From NCBI RefSeq assembly GCF_036321535.1, contig NC_087437.1:82400001-82464000 (forward strand): a stretch of 64,000 bases of DNA, given 5' to 3'. Positions 27,111 through 41,119 of this stretch are shown in pieces; positions within the stretch are counted from its first letter, which is position 1; each line of letters begins with the position of its first letter. The notes below the pieces were generated by a model that was not told the origin of the DNA, ran no database searches, and saw only the letters and a program-made list of their open reading frames with translations. The stretch is from Camelus dromedarius (lineage: Eukaryota). A program made the position numbers and the translations under genes.

Positions 27111-28964
27111 TAAAGAGAACAATTACCACCTTCTACCACAAAACTGCCTAAAATAATCAAATATAGGCAGGCAATATAAACCAATGTAAACAATATTTAG
27201 AAATGTCACTTAAGCCATTTTCCAACTAAATGAATCAATTATGATTGAGTAATAGCCACATATATCAGGAATAAACATGGTTCAAATAAATACATAGATT
27301 GTACTAAAATCTAAATACATAAATCCATCCATTTATTTAATAAATACTAAGTATTTTATTTTCACTTAGTACTTGTTTTCTACTTGGCACAGTGGAGATT
27401 AAACAAAATTTGATGGATATGGGAAAATACTGTATAAATCTTATAGTTCTTAATTCTGTCCCCATCAATGACTTCCTTTATATGTGTAAAAAGTGAATCT
27501 GAAAATAGTTATTGTTGCCTACAAGATAGAAATTGGAATATTTTCCAGACTAAATAGCTACTAAGAAAAGAAAGTAGAACTCTTAATTCAACTTCTTCTT
27601 TACCGTACTAGTTAATGAAATCCATTCTTGCTGTTAAAGATAAGTGAATAGGATCTCTCTCCCAGTTATCATTAGATCAAAATCTTGCTTCAAATTAGCA
27701 AATTCTTCCCCAAAAGTTGGCAATTTTCAGAGGGAGTAAAATTTTCACTTCGGAAAGAACACTCTAATGAAGCTATTAAGATTTTAAAATCATTTTAATA
27801 ATTTAATCATCTTAAGTTAACATTTGTAATCATTTTTTTTAAATGTCACCAGGTGAAGATTCACAGGAGTGGGGCTTCCGAATGACCAGGCTTACATCCA
27901 GTTAATATATATTTGAAGCAGCTACCTGAAGTTCTAGACCAATTCCATATACTAAGTAGGGTCAGAAACTGTAAACATAAATGCCGAGACACCACGTCAC
28001 TTGTACTTCTTTTATACACTTGCTCTTTTTCTAACAGGAAAGGGCATGTGGACAAATGAGATAATAGCTGGAAATGTAGAGCTGTAGCCATCAAAGCAGA
28101 GAGCACTCCAACTGTAAAAATTCTTCATAGTTTCTAGTAAAAAAAAAACAACAAAAGATTTTTTCAAGTGCTTTGTAAGAACATGCTGAGATGGAAAGAA
28201 ATTAGATGAAAGATAGTGCCTGGAAGTAAGACAGTAACTCAAAAGTGTGGTTATAAAATATTTTTAAGGTGGAAAAACCAAGCTAGCACTTCCCAAATCA
28301 AGCCAAATTTATTTTACTTACGCAGTTGTTTCCTACTGAGTCAGTGCACTATAGAAGGCAAAGATGTCCAACACTTCTGTAATAGGTCAAATACAAGATT
28401 GTGTGGGTGGAGGGGAGAGAAGAAGGCTCACTATAACAAGCCAGTACTGCTCCAAGGATCATTGCTCATGGAGGCCTTAAAGAGTGACTGGTTTTATCTC
28501 AAGTGTAGGAAAAATACATATGACTCAATTTAAGTGGATACAAATTCATTTAAACAAGTCTGTTTGGTTACCTTCTGAAGGCTCATGATTATTTTAATTG
28601 AATCTTTCGGACTACAGGTGCCCTTCGAATGTAGGACATTATAAAAAGTGAAACATAGACATTTATTAAATAAAAAGGGTAAATTGAATTACAGGACACA
28701 TATCCGTCATGAAGAAACACAACTGTCGTCACAATATTGTGTGATTGTAATGGTAAACTAAGGTATGTCCTCCAGTGTGCCGTCCAGTTTGTGTTGTCTG
28801 AGTCTCCTGAAGGCTCATGCAGGCAAAAAAGTCTTGTCTGCTAGAATAAAGGAAGCTCTGGCTGAATTCCCCTACCAAGGTAAGTCCGTGATCTCACATC
28901 TGTCCTTTTATTCAGGAGTATCCCTGGTTCTGTTTTTATACAGCTCTTCAGTAGACCATCATAC

Positions 28965-29032
28965 CTGACTCAAGGGAACCGGAGGAAAGTGGCAAACGTC
29001 CCACCTAGACCTTCTTCTTTGGTTATTCAATT
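28965..29032 (-). other. Candidate minus-strand exon F (68 nt)
   Basis: Acceptor gcttttgcactttccccccag, donor CAG|gtatga; open in phase 1 (LNNQRRRSRWDVCHFPPVPLSQ). Confidence 0.3.
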
Positions 29033-29699
29033 CTGGGGGGAAAGTGCAAAAGCATGATCTCTTATTGAGACTTGGCCCACGATAGGTAGAAGAAAATACC
29101 CGTATTAGGAAAGGGAAAGTTGTTGCAAAGTCCAAGTTAAATGTGACACCCTTCCTCCCCTCAGGTTCCCATGTGTGGATCTGCATGCCTGACAGAGGGA
29201 TTAAAACATCCCTGGTTTCCCCTGGCTTAATTTGTCACTTGTGAACACAGTTTTTCATCTCAATGTGATTGCTACTCTGGCCAAGTTCCAGTGATCTCAC
29301 AGTGGAAAATTTCAACATTAAATTTTGTGCGTGTGAAATTTTTTCAGAGATTTAAAATTTTTATTTGACAAAAAAAAGTCAACATGAAATAAAACATCAC
29401 TAGCAGTTCTATTAACAGCTAGAACTCAAGTGTACATGTCATGTAGATGATATGGAATTTCAGCAAGCAAAGCCCCTACTGCAAAATTTACAAGCACAAT
29501 TTCTCTGTATATGCAAAATGGCTTTCCTTTAGAGTGGACGTTTAAAATGTGACTGGCCACGCATTGTGTCTACAAACTGAATATTCAAATGAGGTAAATG
29601 ACATCAAAATGTATTTCCAATGGTTCAAGACAGAAAATGTTCCTAATAATTCAATTCAGTAAACATAGTATATACTTTAAGAAGGTGGACAGAACAGTT

Positions 29700-31080
29700 G
29701 TTAAGAAGATAGACTGCTACTACTTTTACAACCTTAGGCAAGTCATTTTGCTTTCTATAACTCATTGTCCTTTTTTATAAATAGGAATAATGTAGCTACC
29801 CAGAGTTATTGTTAGGATGTGTGTGTAAGTGAGTTAACATATGTAAAAAGTACTTACAGCAAAGTCTGGCACATGGTTAAGACTCCATAAATTTTGGTTG
29901 TTGCTGCTATTGGCCTATTGTAAGCACTGCTCCAGGTGCTGGAGGGCAAATGATGGTAAAAGAGTGATAGTCTTTACCTTCAAGGTGCAGAAACCTGAGA
30001 AGCATGCAGTGAATTATAATTCAAAAGAGGCTGCAATAGAGAGGCAGAGTGCAATTGGCTGTACATGGGAAGGGCAGGATTATGACAAAGGTTATGCATT
30101 TTGGGGGGGTCTTAAATGATAACTAAGACTTTGACAGGTAGAAGGAGAAAAAGAACCATCAAACACTCCAGGCAGAGGAAACAAAGAGGATAAACTCATG
30201 AAGACAGGAGTTACAGAAACAACACCCATTCCAAATGGCAAGAATGTAGTGTGTAGTATCAGTGCCACTGACACTCTCTCCTATGGCCACCATGGCTAAT
30301 CTGGTTCAGCATTCTTTCTTATTGATCTTGATTTGCATCAGAATCCTTCTTAGGGCTTGAGAAACTACTTTTTCACGTTTGGCTTGGGTAATGCCATCTG
30401 TTTGCCACCTCAGGTATATATGGCAGAGGTGAGTATATTAATAAAGTTGAAAAAGTAAAAAGCAATGATGACTACCATGTACATTCATTCTGTGCATTCA
30501 TATATGTTATCTAATTTAATTCTCACAACAAATATACAAGGTAGGTATTCTTCTTTCCATTTTGTGTGAGACTGAGAAAGGTTTAGAACCATTTCCCAAG
30601 GTAACTGAGAAAATGTTGGAGTTGGAATTTAAAACCAGGGTTTTTTTTAATTTAAAAGCTGCATTCCTAATCACATTATGATATTGGACATCATTTAAAA
30701 TAACAAGGAGATGAACTGAAGTTAATCATGAGCCAGCCCTTAATTTCATGTTAAAAAAAATTTAAAAACCTGTTCTGCCTGTAGAGGGAAGCTATTGAAG
30801 GCTTTTGAACAGAAAATAGCTTAATTAGGTTTGTGCTTTACAAGCATAACTCTGGTTGCAGGATGAAAACTATATTGGCACTAAGGAGGTTAGAGATGGG
30901 TTGATCAATTCGTTGGGGAGGAATAGGGGATATAAGTGGAAAGGAGGTAAGGAATCAAATTATAGCTTCAAAGTGAAATTCATAGGATTTGACTGTATGG
31001 AAAGAGGTAACATTTCTGAAAATTTTGAGTGTGGCAACTTGACAACTAAAATAGAGGCAGAAAGATAGTTAAGTTTGAGA
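29700..31080. mobile_element. Cluster of MIR (about 29700-29890, 30470-30680) and L2 (about 29900-30200, 30730-31080) relics
   Basis: accttaggcaagtcatt..., atttaattctcacaac...ggtaggtattc MIR-core motifs; purine-rich L2-like segments. Confidence 0.6.
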
Positions 31081-31097
31081 TTTAAATTGGTGATATA

Positions 31098-31178
31098 GAG
31101 ATATTAGATACAGATGGGATATTAGATATTAGATACAGATATTAGATACAGATATAGAGATACTGGATACAGATGGGG
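31098..31178. repeat. Degenerate minisatellite (GATATTA/GATACA units)
   Basis: gatattagatacagatgggatattagatattagatacagatattagatacagatatagagatactggatacagatgggg. Confidence 0.8.
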
Positions 31179-34100
31179 ATTTTTTTTAATCTGATCTATT
31201 CTTTCAATATTGTCTTTTTAGATGAGGTTTAACGTGATAAGTTTTGCTCTTCTAGTCAAAAAATAAAGGACACTGAATTACTGAAACTCTGAACATTTTT
31301 AGGCCATATCAAGAATGGGCATATTTCTCAATAATATCAATGTGTGTGTGTGTATGTGAGAGAGAGACAGAAAGAGAGAGAAGGAAAACAGAGTTACAGA
31401 GCTTAAGTTAAAATAACTGATATCAAAAATACTCCAAATTTCTCATCAAATCACTTTATAAGCAACAAGGTAGATTTATTATGTCGCTGTCATTGTTCCA
31501 TGGTAGAGAAACCTTGCCCAGTCAGAAATAAAGTTAATGCCAGGGCTCTCAGCAGTCTGACCTACTTAGCTAGGTTTTTTTTTTTTTATTGGATTTATAG
31601 TTGAATTCTGCTGAGAAGGTGTCAGAATGTTAGCTCCTGAGGCTGATAGACAGGAGGATACTCAATGTTGCTGGAAAGCATGCAGGTTAGTGAAGCTCAA
31701 TCCTGGAATTCCTTTAACTCAGCAGAGCATGCAAAGTGTGAAAGGTATCTATGTTTTTATTTCCTCTTTAAACATCAGGTAGAGTGTATGTTCTAGTAGT
31801 ACCCAGGAACTGTATCATTCTAAATAGTATTTCCATCTAGCTGGTAGGTGATACGTGGTTGCCTTGTAGAAATTTAGTTTAGTAGAGTAGCCAACACAGA
31901 TGAGGAAATGTTAAAATGAGAGCATTCATAAAACCAAAAGTGGCATACAGACATTAAAATACCAGATGGTGACAAAACAATACCCACCAATTCTTATCCT
32001 AAAATTAAGGTGTAGTGACTAATAAACTTAATTTTTGTATTACAGATACTAGTATTCCTAATAACTAAAGATACCATTTTTCATTAAAATAGTTAAAATC
32101 TTTCATCATTCAGTGAGTACAAAAGGTGATTTGTCTTTCTCACAGATAGCTTTTAAATAGCAAATAGACCTTAGGGTAAATTACAAAAAATATCATGTTC
32201 CTAGGCACTTACGGCTCATAGTAAGGAACATGCTCACTATTCTTAAGGAATTTAAAAAGTAATAAAGTCATGAGAGATATGTAATTAAGCATAAATGCAC
32301 TCATATAGAATAGTAATTAAAGGGAGTTGAAGATAGAGGATGCAAATGCTTATTTAGAGGTCATGCAAATATTGATTAGAAAGAAAAAGCTCACCTGAAA
32401 ATAGAAGGTCCCTATTTTCAAGCTAAAAGACTTAAAGATAAAGTTACAGGAGAATTAAAGAAAGAAGGTAGTCATTCACCTCCTAAAGGACTGAAGTTTG
32501 GAAACTGATCAGTGCTCTTAGTGCTATTGAATTTGTGTAATAGCCACATAACTGAAATACCCTCAGTTTAGAAAATTTAAGCAAATTAATGACTAAAGAT
32601 TGAATAAAATGTGGTTGGCAATAATTTTATGAACATCTGTCTTCAGAGGAATATGATTACTGATTCAAAATTACAGGGGAAAAGTGACAGATAATCAGGG
32701 TCTTGGCTGTAATTTTCATACTTGGATTGGGAACCAGTTTCTGCAGAAATCAGCTTGGTAGTTCCCTCTCCCTTCATGTCCTTGGCACACAGAACAACTG
32801 CATGTCCCTGGAGTCCAGCTGTGAAGAATTTAAGGGAGTCCTCTCCAGGGGTGCCAGCCCCAGGAATGTTCTCCCTGCTGATTTCTCCCAGAATTTCAAT
32901 GTGGTAAAGCTCACTGTGGGACCATCTTTTTATTTAGACTTTCCAACAAATGTAAAAATATTTGGCATGCTATTTCCACCTTTGCTACTATTCATTTAGT
33001 CTTTGCCTCTGAAAAGTATTGCCAAGGGGAACGTTTCTTGTGTTTCTTTTATTTCTTGCATGACATTTTGCTTTGAAAACTTTGAGTCTGTGTATAGGCA
33101 GGAAATTAAAAAAAAAATAGGCTCCATTTTTCCCCTCTTTGCATTAATACACAGTCTTAAGAGGAAAGTCAGAGTAAATGATGAAAGTCATGAGCTTATA
33201 AGATCTTGTAAAGAGATTTTATATGCTGTTCTGAAAATAGACGTTTCATTGCAGTTTCAAAGACACCTTGACAGCAAATAATGTTGTGAGAGCCTTAGCA
33301 TATCATTAAAACAGCAGCAACAATTTAAACTGAAGTTTGAGTTCTTTATTCAGAAGTTAGATTACTGTGCATTTTTGTTGTTGCTGCTGGAGTAGATGGG
33401 AAATAGTAAGAGGTGTCAGAGACTTTTTGTTTTAAATTTTGACACTCGAGGTTATACTCAACTATAGGTAACAAAAATGTGTCAGATTTAAGTTTGAATA
33501 ATTTTGGGGGGATGTCTGTCTTAGTGTGGGGCAAAGGAAGGATATTATCATGAACTGATATATCCCTGGGGGTTTGACAGAGTAACTGTATCAGAAAAAA
33601 GCATTAAATGGAGATAAATTTAAACCTGGTAATAAAGAGGCAATAATGAGTCTTCCAAATCCACTTCAAATTGCCCACTGTGACCAAGGAACTCTATATA
33701 AAAAGAAAATGCTATGATCTCACTAATTGTAAAACCCTACACTTGTAGAAAACTAATGAATTTTAGTGAAGAGAAACTCATAGCATAAGAATGTGACCAC
33801 CTTGGTAAGGTACTGAAAAGTCAATTTCCCTAAGTCAATTAGCATGGACTCTGTAATGAACTAAATACTAGGAAATTTAATTTGAATTTTCCAAACTGTG
33901 TGCCCAGACATGTATGACTGAAACATATTTTCAGAAAGCTATAAAGTCACCATGTTTATTGACAAGGACTGATAGTCTGCTTACCCAAAGAATTTTTTTT
34001 TTAATCTGAGGACTTCAGAGAATAAGAATAGCATCAGCTATCATATCATCATGTACAATTAGGAAGAATGAATTGGTGGTAGGGAAATGGTTAATCTGGA

Positions 34101-34408
34101 AGTTACATTAGGTCAAGGCTCATTTTTTTCCCTATTTTTAATCTTGAATTACTGTATTTTCTTTCTTCTTAAATTAGAACAATTTCAATTATATCTTTCA
34201 AAGAATATACCAGTATTTAAAGACTGTTTGATATATTATTTCCAATAATGAAAAATTTACCAAGTTGTACTTATTTTGAAAAATACGTGAGACAATAAAA
34301 TTCTAAGGTGGCAAAATAACTCCGCTCTCTAAACATCAAGTCTGTGATCCCTTGTTACTGAAAGATCTTGTCAATAGAGTAAGGAAAGAGAACAGAACTT
34401 ACTTAGCC

Positions 34409-34460
34409 TCAGAGCACTGAATGATTTATAGGAGTAAGAGGTGACATCTTCACAGGGAAT
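34409..34460 (-). CDS. Candidate exon E of unidentified gene (exon 34403-34460; stop at 34409-34411 if read after exon D)
   Basis: Acceptor ctgccttctactttccccag, donor TAA|gtaagt; phase 2 reads FPVKMSPLTPINHSVL*. Confidence 0.5.
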
Positions 34461-35356
34461 CTGGGGAAAGTAGAAGGCAGGTTTGCCAAGGGAGTGAAGA
34501 CTCAGAGAGGGTTGTGTGGGGCATGCCACGTGAAACCCCCATACTAGAAAGAAGGCGTGGAAAAAGCATTCTGGATATGAAAGCTAATTTGGCAAGGAGC
34601 AGGACAAGAATATTAAGGACAGGTATCTTCTTTGGAACTTTGTCTATTTCTGGTGTTCATAGTGTGGCTAGGTTAACATTAAAGGAAGTCAGAATAGACT
34701 GGATGTCACTACTACCATTACCCATGTTGTGGTTCTATGAAGAGTTGCAAGAGGAAGACACCAATCCTTGCCCTTCCTCGGTGACTGAAAACATTCCCTG
34801 AGCCCGTAAAACTGTCAGACATGATGGTGAACCCTTAATCCTCCATCTTATTTGGTCCTCATACCAGTTTAAGAGCAGTCAATAGTATCTCTCCCTCAGT
34901 CTCTCCCTTGACCACCAGTTTTTCTTAATGGAAGATACTGAGACTGATTTGTTAAATGACTTCAAGGCAAGCAAAAGTAACAGTAAAGCTGAGGTTTACC
35001 CTCACACTGTCAGACTCCAAAGTCCTTGCTTTATCCTAGGGTCTTGAGACACAGTAACTCCTATCAGAGAAATGTCTGGAGAACTTGATGCTGTTTGGTC
35101 TTCAGGTTCTGTACGCAGCCCAGAGTAGCAGCCTCTCTAGCTGGGGCAGGAATTGAAAAAAAATTCTGGAATTTTAGCTCTTCCTGTAGCCAGTCTCACA
35201 TCCTTCCCTTCTCTTTTCCCTCATCTGATTCTAAGATGCAAATATCCTACTTCTGTTTCAAAAGAAGAAAATGAGAGTTGGAAGGAGAATAAGTCTTAAC
35301 GAGGCAAGAGAATGACTCCTGCTCTAGTCTGTCTATTTCCCCAGCCTCTTACTCAC

Positions 35357-35502
35357 TTCCTAGTTCCCAGCATCAAAGATCGTGTGAGAGAGGGCAAGGT
35401 TTGGGGAGACAGGGGCTCTTTACCGTCCACTTTGTTTTCTGTTCTATGTATCCCTAATTGACCTTGAAATGTATTATACTTTTCTTTGGCTGTGACATAG
35501 CC
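35357..35502 (-). CDS. Candidate exon D of unidentified gene
   Basis: Acceptor ctgtttttcaag, donor GAA|gtgagt; 146 nt open, phase 0 to 2: GYVTAKEKYNTFQGQLGIHRTENKVDGKEPLSPQTLPSLTRSLMLGTR. Confidence 0.5.
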
Positions 35503-36589
35503 CTTGAAAAACAGACTCCTTGTTCTTGAAGTTTGAGAGGGAATGTGGCCAGATTTCATTGTCAGGTGCATTAATTATATCTTATAGGGATGTCTACACT
35601 GCAGTCCTGACTGTGGTATTTGCTACTTATTAAGGAAGGGTGTTTTTTTTTTTTTTTTTTAAATCAAGCCCCTGAAATTCCTCAGGGCAAAGATAGTTTA
35701 TAAATGACACTAATTGGGATGAAGCTACTTATAAAACATGTCTCAACACAGAGGATTTTTCTTTTTCTAGAGCATCCACTGCTTTATCCCAGATAGATGA
35801 GGTACTTAATCCCCCTCTCCCCTTGTTTCTCTCCTGCCCTGTCTCTGAGCACATTGACTAACTTTTTCTGGGGCCTTGGCACACTGCAGGAGTAGAGGAG
35901 GTGATGATGGAATGTTAAATCATTACTCAGACACACTTTATGAAAGTTTCTAGCGGTTAGCAATACTCAGTCTGACCTTTATGTTGGATTTTGCCATCAT
36001 GTTAATCACTTTACCATCACTTGCAGGAGAGACAGTGTCTTTGAAAGTGCCCTGTTTAAGGAAAGCTTAAGAGCCAAGACTAAGTGTACGCTTTCATTAT
36101 CTCACATGTTGTCAAAGTAACCAGTACAGTGAAATGACAGCATTTTGAATAAAAGTTTTGTGCAAAGCTCTTAATTAAGGTAGGAGGGCATGTTAGTATA
36201 ATTATTTATATTTGATGTTAGCATTTTATTGGCTTTTTTATGTTTAAGCAGTAATAAATAGAGTATATGTGAGTTTATTGCATCCAAAACTTTTACTTTT
36301 AATTTCTTACCACTGTTTGCCAAAGCCCTTGTAAATTTCTGTCTTTTGCAAGAGTTTTTCCACCCACGAGTTTTTGGACTACTTACTGTATTATGTTTCT
36401 GTGTATTTGGCTGATTATTTTACTATAACTTGGATCTCATTTGCAAAATATTAATTCACACATAGCATGCTAAAAAAATTTTCAATATATTTACTGATCC
36501 AAGGTAAGTCTCATTTTTTCTCTGTATGATGCCTGACACCCACAAAGATATAGCATTTGATTCTATACCAATTACTACTGTCATTCATT

Positions 36590-37550
36590 TTATTTACTTT
36601 TTGTTTTGAAAGATATAAAACCTATGGAAAAGTTGCAAAACAGGACCCTTCAATCAGACTCATTATTAACATTCACCTGTGTGAGAGTTTATTTAAGACA
36701 TCATAACACTCAGCCCTGTACTTCAACAGTTCTCTCCTAAAACAAGAACATTCTCCCACAAATCACAATATAACTGTCATAAGAAAATTTAACATTGATA
36801 TGATGCTTTTATCTAAACACAGTCCATGTTCGTATTTCCAAAGTTGCCCCAGTAAAATCCTTTATAACAATTCATTCTCTGCCTTCCAGGATCTAATGAA
36901 GAGTCATGCACAGCATTTAGTTATTAAATCTCTTCATCCTCCTTTAATGTACAACAATTCCCAGCTATTTTTATCTTTCATGACATTAAAATTTTTCAAG
37001 AGACTTGATCGTTGTTTTGCACAATATTGCTAAAATAAGTATTTTCTCATAATTAGATTCTGATAAAGAATATTTTTATATCAGGAAGTAGATGATGTCA
37101 GTGTATCCTAGTTTGAGAAATTGAGTTTGATCCCTTGGTTAAGGTGGTGTCTCTTAGATTTCTTCATTTTGTAGGTACTCTTTTGTGATTAATAAGTACT
37201 CTGTGGGGTAATATTGTAAGAGTGTATAAATATTTGTTGTCCAATGATTCTTCTTCAAATAGTTTTTGTATCCATTTATACATATTGCTTGAATCAATCA
37301 TTATCTTAGTGTCAGCAAAATGGTGATTTTCCAATTTTATAATTTTCTACACTTATTACTTATCATTTTTCTGTAAAGAGCTTTTCATCCTCCCTCTCCC
37401 CAACACTTGAAATTATTATTTTGAGATATGTTTATGAACTAATGGGTTTCTTTTTTATTTAATGTATTATAATTTATTTTGCTCATTGTTTATTAAAACA
37501 CATCAATTATTCCAAATTGGATCTGTGGAAGCTCCACTAAACTGTTACCC
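36590..37550 (-). mobile_element. Ancient L1MC/ME-like 3' region
   Basis: ctcctaaaacaagaacattctccc...aaaatttaacattgata...ttggttaaggtggtgtct. Confidence 0.7.
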
Positions 37551-37689
37551 GTTTCAATTGTCTTAGTCCCCTAACTTTATTAATAGAAATAAACTTTGGA
37601 GAGGATTCAAAATAATTTTAGCCCACTTATTTGTAGCAATACTTCAACTCCCTTATCACATTAATTTTTACCTATAAAAAATCATCTAA

Positions 37690-38690
37690 TGGTTCAGCTT
37701 CAACATGTGAAGATCTTGAAAGCTGTTACTCTTATCTTCACAAGAAAAAAGATGAACATACTGAAAACCAGTGACCTTTCTTGGTCACAGCAGAAAACTG
37801 AAGTCTCAGGTCAAACTCTACTCCCAAACCAAAACAAATTCAGAATTTCACAACCAGGATCTGCCTACCTGGAGCAGAAGTCATTAGAACCTTGATAAAC
37901 TTAAAGCAAAAATTAAACAGTGATTTTAATGAATCGTTGGATGCTGACTGTGGACTAGCATGAGAATGAGGAACTCCTGGGGGATACAGTCTTATGGGAG
38001 CCCTCACACTTTCATGGTGTTTACTCCCAGGAATCCCATCAGATCCTCTTGGTAACGAGTCAAGAAAGATCCCCTGTGCCTCTATCAGGGTAGGGCAAAA
38101 AGTAATAATTAAAAACTCACTCAGAATATTAACCATAACAAAAGCCCTTTCTTCAGGGTATAAGACTGTACAAGAGCCTTAACCCATCTGGGGAAGGGCA
38201 TGTACCTAACTCTGGCTCTTTCTAGCCATCTTGTTGCACCTAATGTGGGGAGTAAAGCTAAGAAATATTGGTGAAGTTCACAGGCCAGTGACACAAGTGG
38301 ACTGAAAGACTAAGATTTCATTTTAAGGTATGGAATGCTCTTCCTTCCCCACACCTTACACCCCTCCCCACATATAGACACCAACAGGGCTCCAGTATAA
38401 TACTAACAGTTTACAGCTAAAAGGGCTGCAAAACATAGACTGTCTCTGAGGAATTCTTAGGGAAGTTCAAAGACAATAGAGGTGGCAAAAGTAAGGGCAG
38501 TAGCGGTACTTGAAGCCTATAGTATGTACAGCTACACAAAATGTTGAACACAGCCCAACTTCTAGGTAGATTAAACATAAAACCTCACACTCAAGATCTA
38601 TTTACTTCAGTTCCTATTACTCAATACATCATGTCTAACTTTTAACAAAAAATAGCAAACCATGCTAAATGGCAAGAAAAAAAATCATAT
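37690..38690 (+). mobile_element. Ancient L1M 5' region
   Basis: cagcttcaacatgtgaagatcttgaaagctg...catcatgtctaacttttaacaaaaaatagcaaaccatgctaaatggcaagaaaa. Confidence 0.6.
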
Positions 38691-40395
38691 AATGGAAGTA
38701 TCCTCTCTTTAGAAAGATAAATTTTTGACCTTGAGTTATGTTAAGGTGGGATTGCCTAGAAAATTCCTTTGTTGTGTTTGTGTTGTGAAATCTCATATGT
38801 AATACCTGATTTGTGTCTATATAAATCAATGTGGTGACATGATATGAACAGAAGCTTAATTACTAATTAAGCACTAGAGCAAATAAGTACAATTAAATAA
38901 GTACAGTTAAAAAGATATTAAGAGACCAAAAAACTGACTGTTTTCCTTAGGAACAGAGAAAATAGAGTAAAATATTTGCATTGTAGGGAACTGCTGGTTT
39001 TATGGTCACATCTGCTAACCAGTCTGCATCCTTGGCTCACAGAGATCCCCATGACTGCTGAAAAAAAAAAAGTGATTCTTTCAGAAACATTTCCCCTTCA
39101 TGTAGCCTAGCATATTTCAGCAATCTGTGTTCCCAAAACTTGAGGTTGAAAAACATTCAACCTCATGCCTACATTTCCTGAAAAGAAGATCAGTCCAGAG
39201 GTGATTCAGTAACACATGAACTTGCTCTCCAGACACAAATATGAAATACAAATCAGAAAGAACACTGGCATAAAAATGACAGAAACCTCATCAAGTTGAG
39301 TTGGGAAGTCAATCTTATTATTCATTAACAGAGATTGAGTGTTCTTTGGCATTTAGTGGTGCCAAAAATGGGCTAGGTGCTGTCGAGAACATAGAATTAG
39401 ACAAAGTTCTTGCCCAGGGGGCTCATAATCAAATCAGACAAACCAGACACTAACACAGTCCAGCAGTCTGCAGTGGGGAAAGTTGGGTTTATATGGGGAA
39501 ACTAAGGTCACTCTGTCCATGAGGATACTTGGTTTCCCTCCAACAAGGTTGGTCTCTTGTGTTATGTAAGTTTGGGAGAAAATCTTCACATATTTTCTTA
39601 TTATTTCCTTTTCAACATCACCCAGGAAGTCTGTTTTGCAGGCAGGTGCAGTAGGGTTTCCAATGTCATGTGACAGAGTTTAGGATCAATTCTTTAACAC
39701 ACGTGGCCTGGTTTACTGGAGAAGAAAAGCAACTCACAAAGCAGACTCACTAGAAGGAGGAGCTCATTTATGTAGGAGAACATTCCACAGGGAGGCCTTT
39801 GGGGCCAGATTTTTGCTGAGCCTGTAATGCCTGTCAGCCATTTTGTGATGGGTCCATTCTCACCTCTACTCTCTCAGGAGCAGCCTTGACAAGTGAGCGA
39901 GCCTGTTTGGCACCAATCACTCTGGATTTGAATTGTCAGTTACTTACAGATGATTTCTGGGTACATGAGCAGTTTCCATTTGGAAACCTTTGGGCCCATG
40001 TGATATTCCCAGTGTGGGGCAGTGGATGTCCCTGTTTGTATGGGGTTCTGGATTTAAAAAGCAATAACATGCATATAAAAATTAACCCAATTTGGGTTAG
40101 AAAATTTCCTATGTCCTCCTCTAGCATTTAGTCCTTACCTCTATCATAGGACTTACGTTCCTTGCCTATTTGTCTGTAAACCATCTTCCAGCATCCAGAC
40201 AGTACTTGGGATATAATAGGGTTCCAATAAAAATTTGTGAGTTAATAACTTCCAAAATGCATGCAAACCAGTTCTAACTCCACATTTTCTTTGAACTCCC
40301 AAGGAGAACTCAAGCATGACACCTTTCAAAGATCTTCGTATGTCTCCCATAACCTATTGTATTTTTTTTTAACAGCCTAGAGACCCCAGCTTTAT

Positions 40396-41119
40396 TTTTT
40401 TTTAACATTTTTTTTATTGAGTTATAGTCATTTTACAATGTTGTGTCAAATTTCAGTGTAGAGCACAATTTTTCAGTTATACATGAGCATACATATATTC
40501 ATTGTCACTTTTTTTTTTTTTTTGCTGTGAGCTACCACAAAGATCTTGTATATATTTCCCTGTGCTATACAGTATAACCCTGTTGATCTATTCTACATTT
40601 TGAAATCCCAGTCTGCCCCTTTCCACCCCCTGCCCCCCTGGCAACCACAAGTTTGTATTCTGTGTCTATGAGTCTGTTTCTGTTTTGTATTTATGTTTTT
40701 TTTTTTTTTTTTAGATTCTACATATGAGTGATCTCATAGGATATTTTTCTTTCTCTTTCTGGCTTACTTCACTTAGAATGACATTCTCCAGGAACATCCA
40801 TGTTGCTGCAAATGGCATTATGTTGTCAGTTTTTATGGCTGAATAGTATTCCATTGTATAAATATACCACCTCTTCTTTATCCAGTTCTCTGTTGATGGA
40901 CATTTAGGCTGTTTCCATGTCTTGGCTATTGTAAATAGTGCTGGTATGAACATTGGAGTGCAGGTGTCATTTTGAAGTAGGGTTCCTTCTGGATATATGC
41001 CCAGGAGTGGGATTCCTGGGTCATATGGTAAGTCTATTCCTAGTCTTTTGAGGAATTTCCATACTGTTTTCCACAGTGGCTGCACCAAACTGCATTCCTA
41101 CCAGCAGTGTAGGAGGGTT
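40396..41119 (-). mobile_element. Young 5'-truncated L1 with 18-bp target-site duplication
   Basis: Open ORF2 C-terminus ([15 protein letters not shown]...[13 protein letters not shown]); TSD tagagaccccagctttat (40378-40395) / tagggaccccagctttat (41120-41137). Confidence 0.95.

Noticed and set aside
27896..28030. Further minus-strand exon candidate
   Set aside because: Several competing splice sites and no unique phase fit with the chain.
31098..31178. CRISPR-like array
   Set aside because: Simple tandem repeat without spacers in a mammalian genome.
39141..39165. Perfect 10-bp hairpin tgaggttgaa-aaaca-ttcaacctca (similar 9-bp stem at 32396-32420)
   Set aside because: Too short for a pre-miRNA and plausible by chance in 64 kb.
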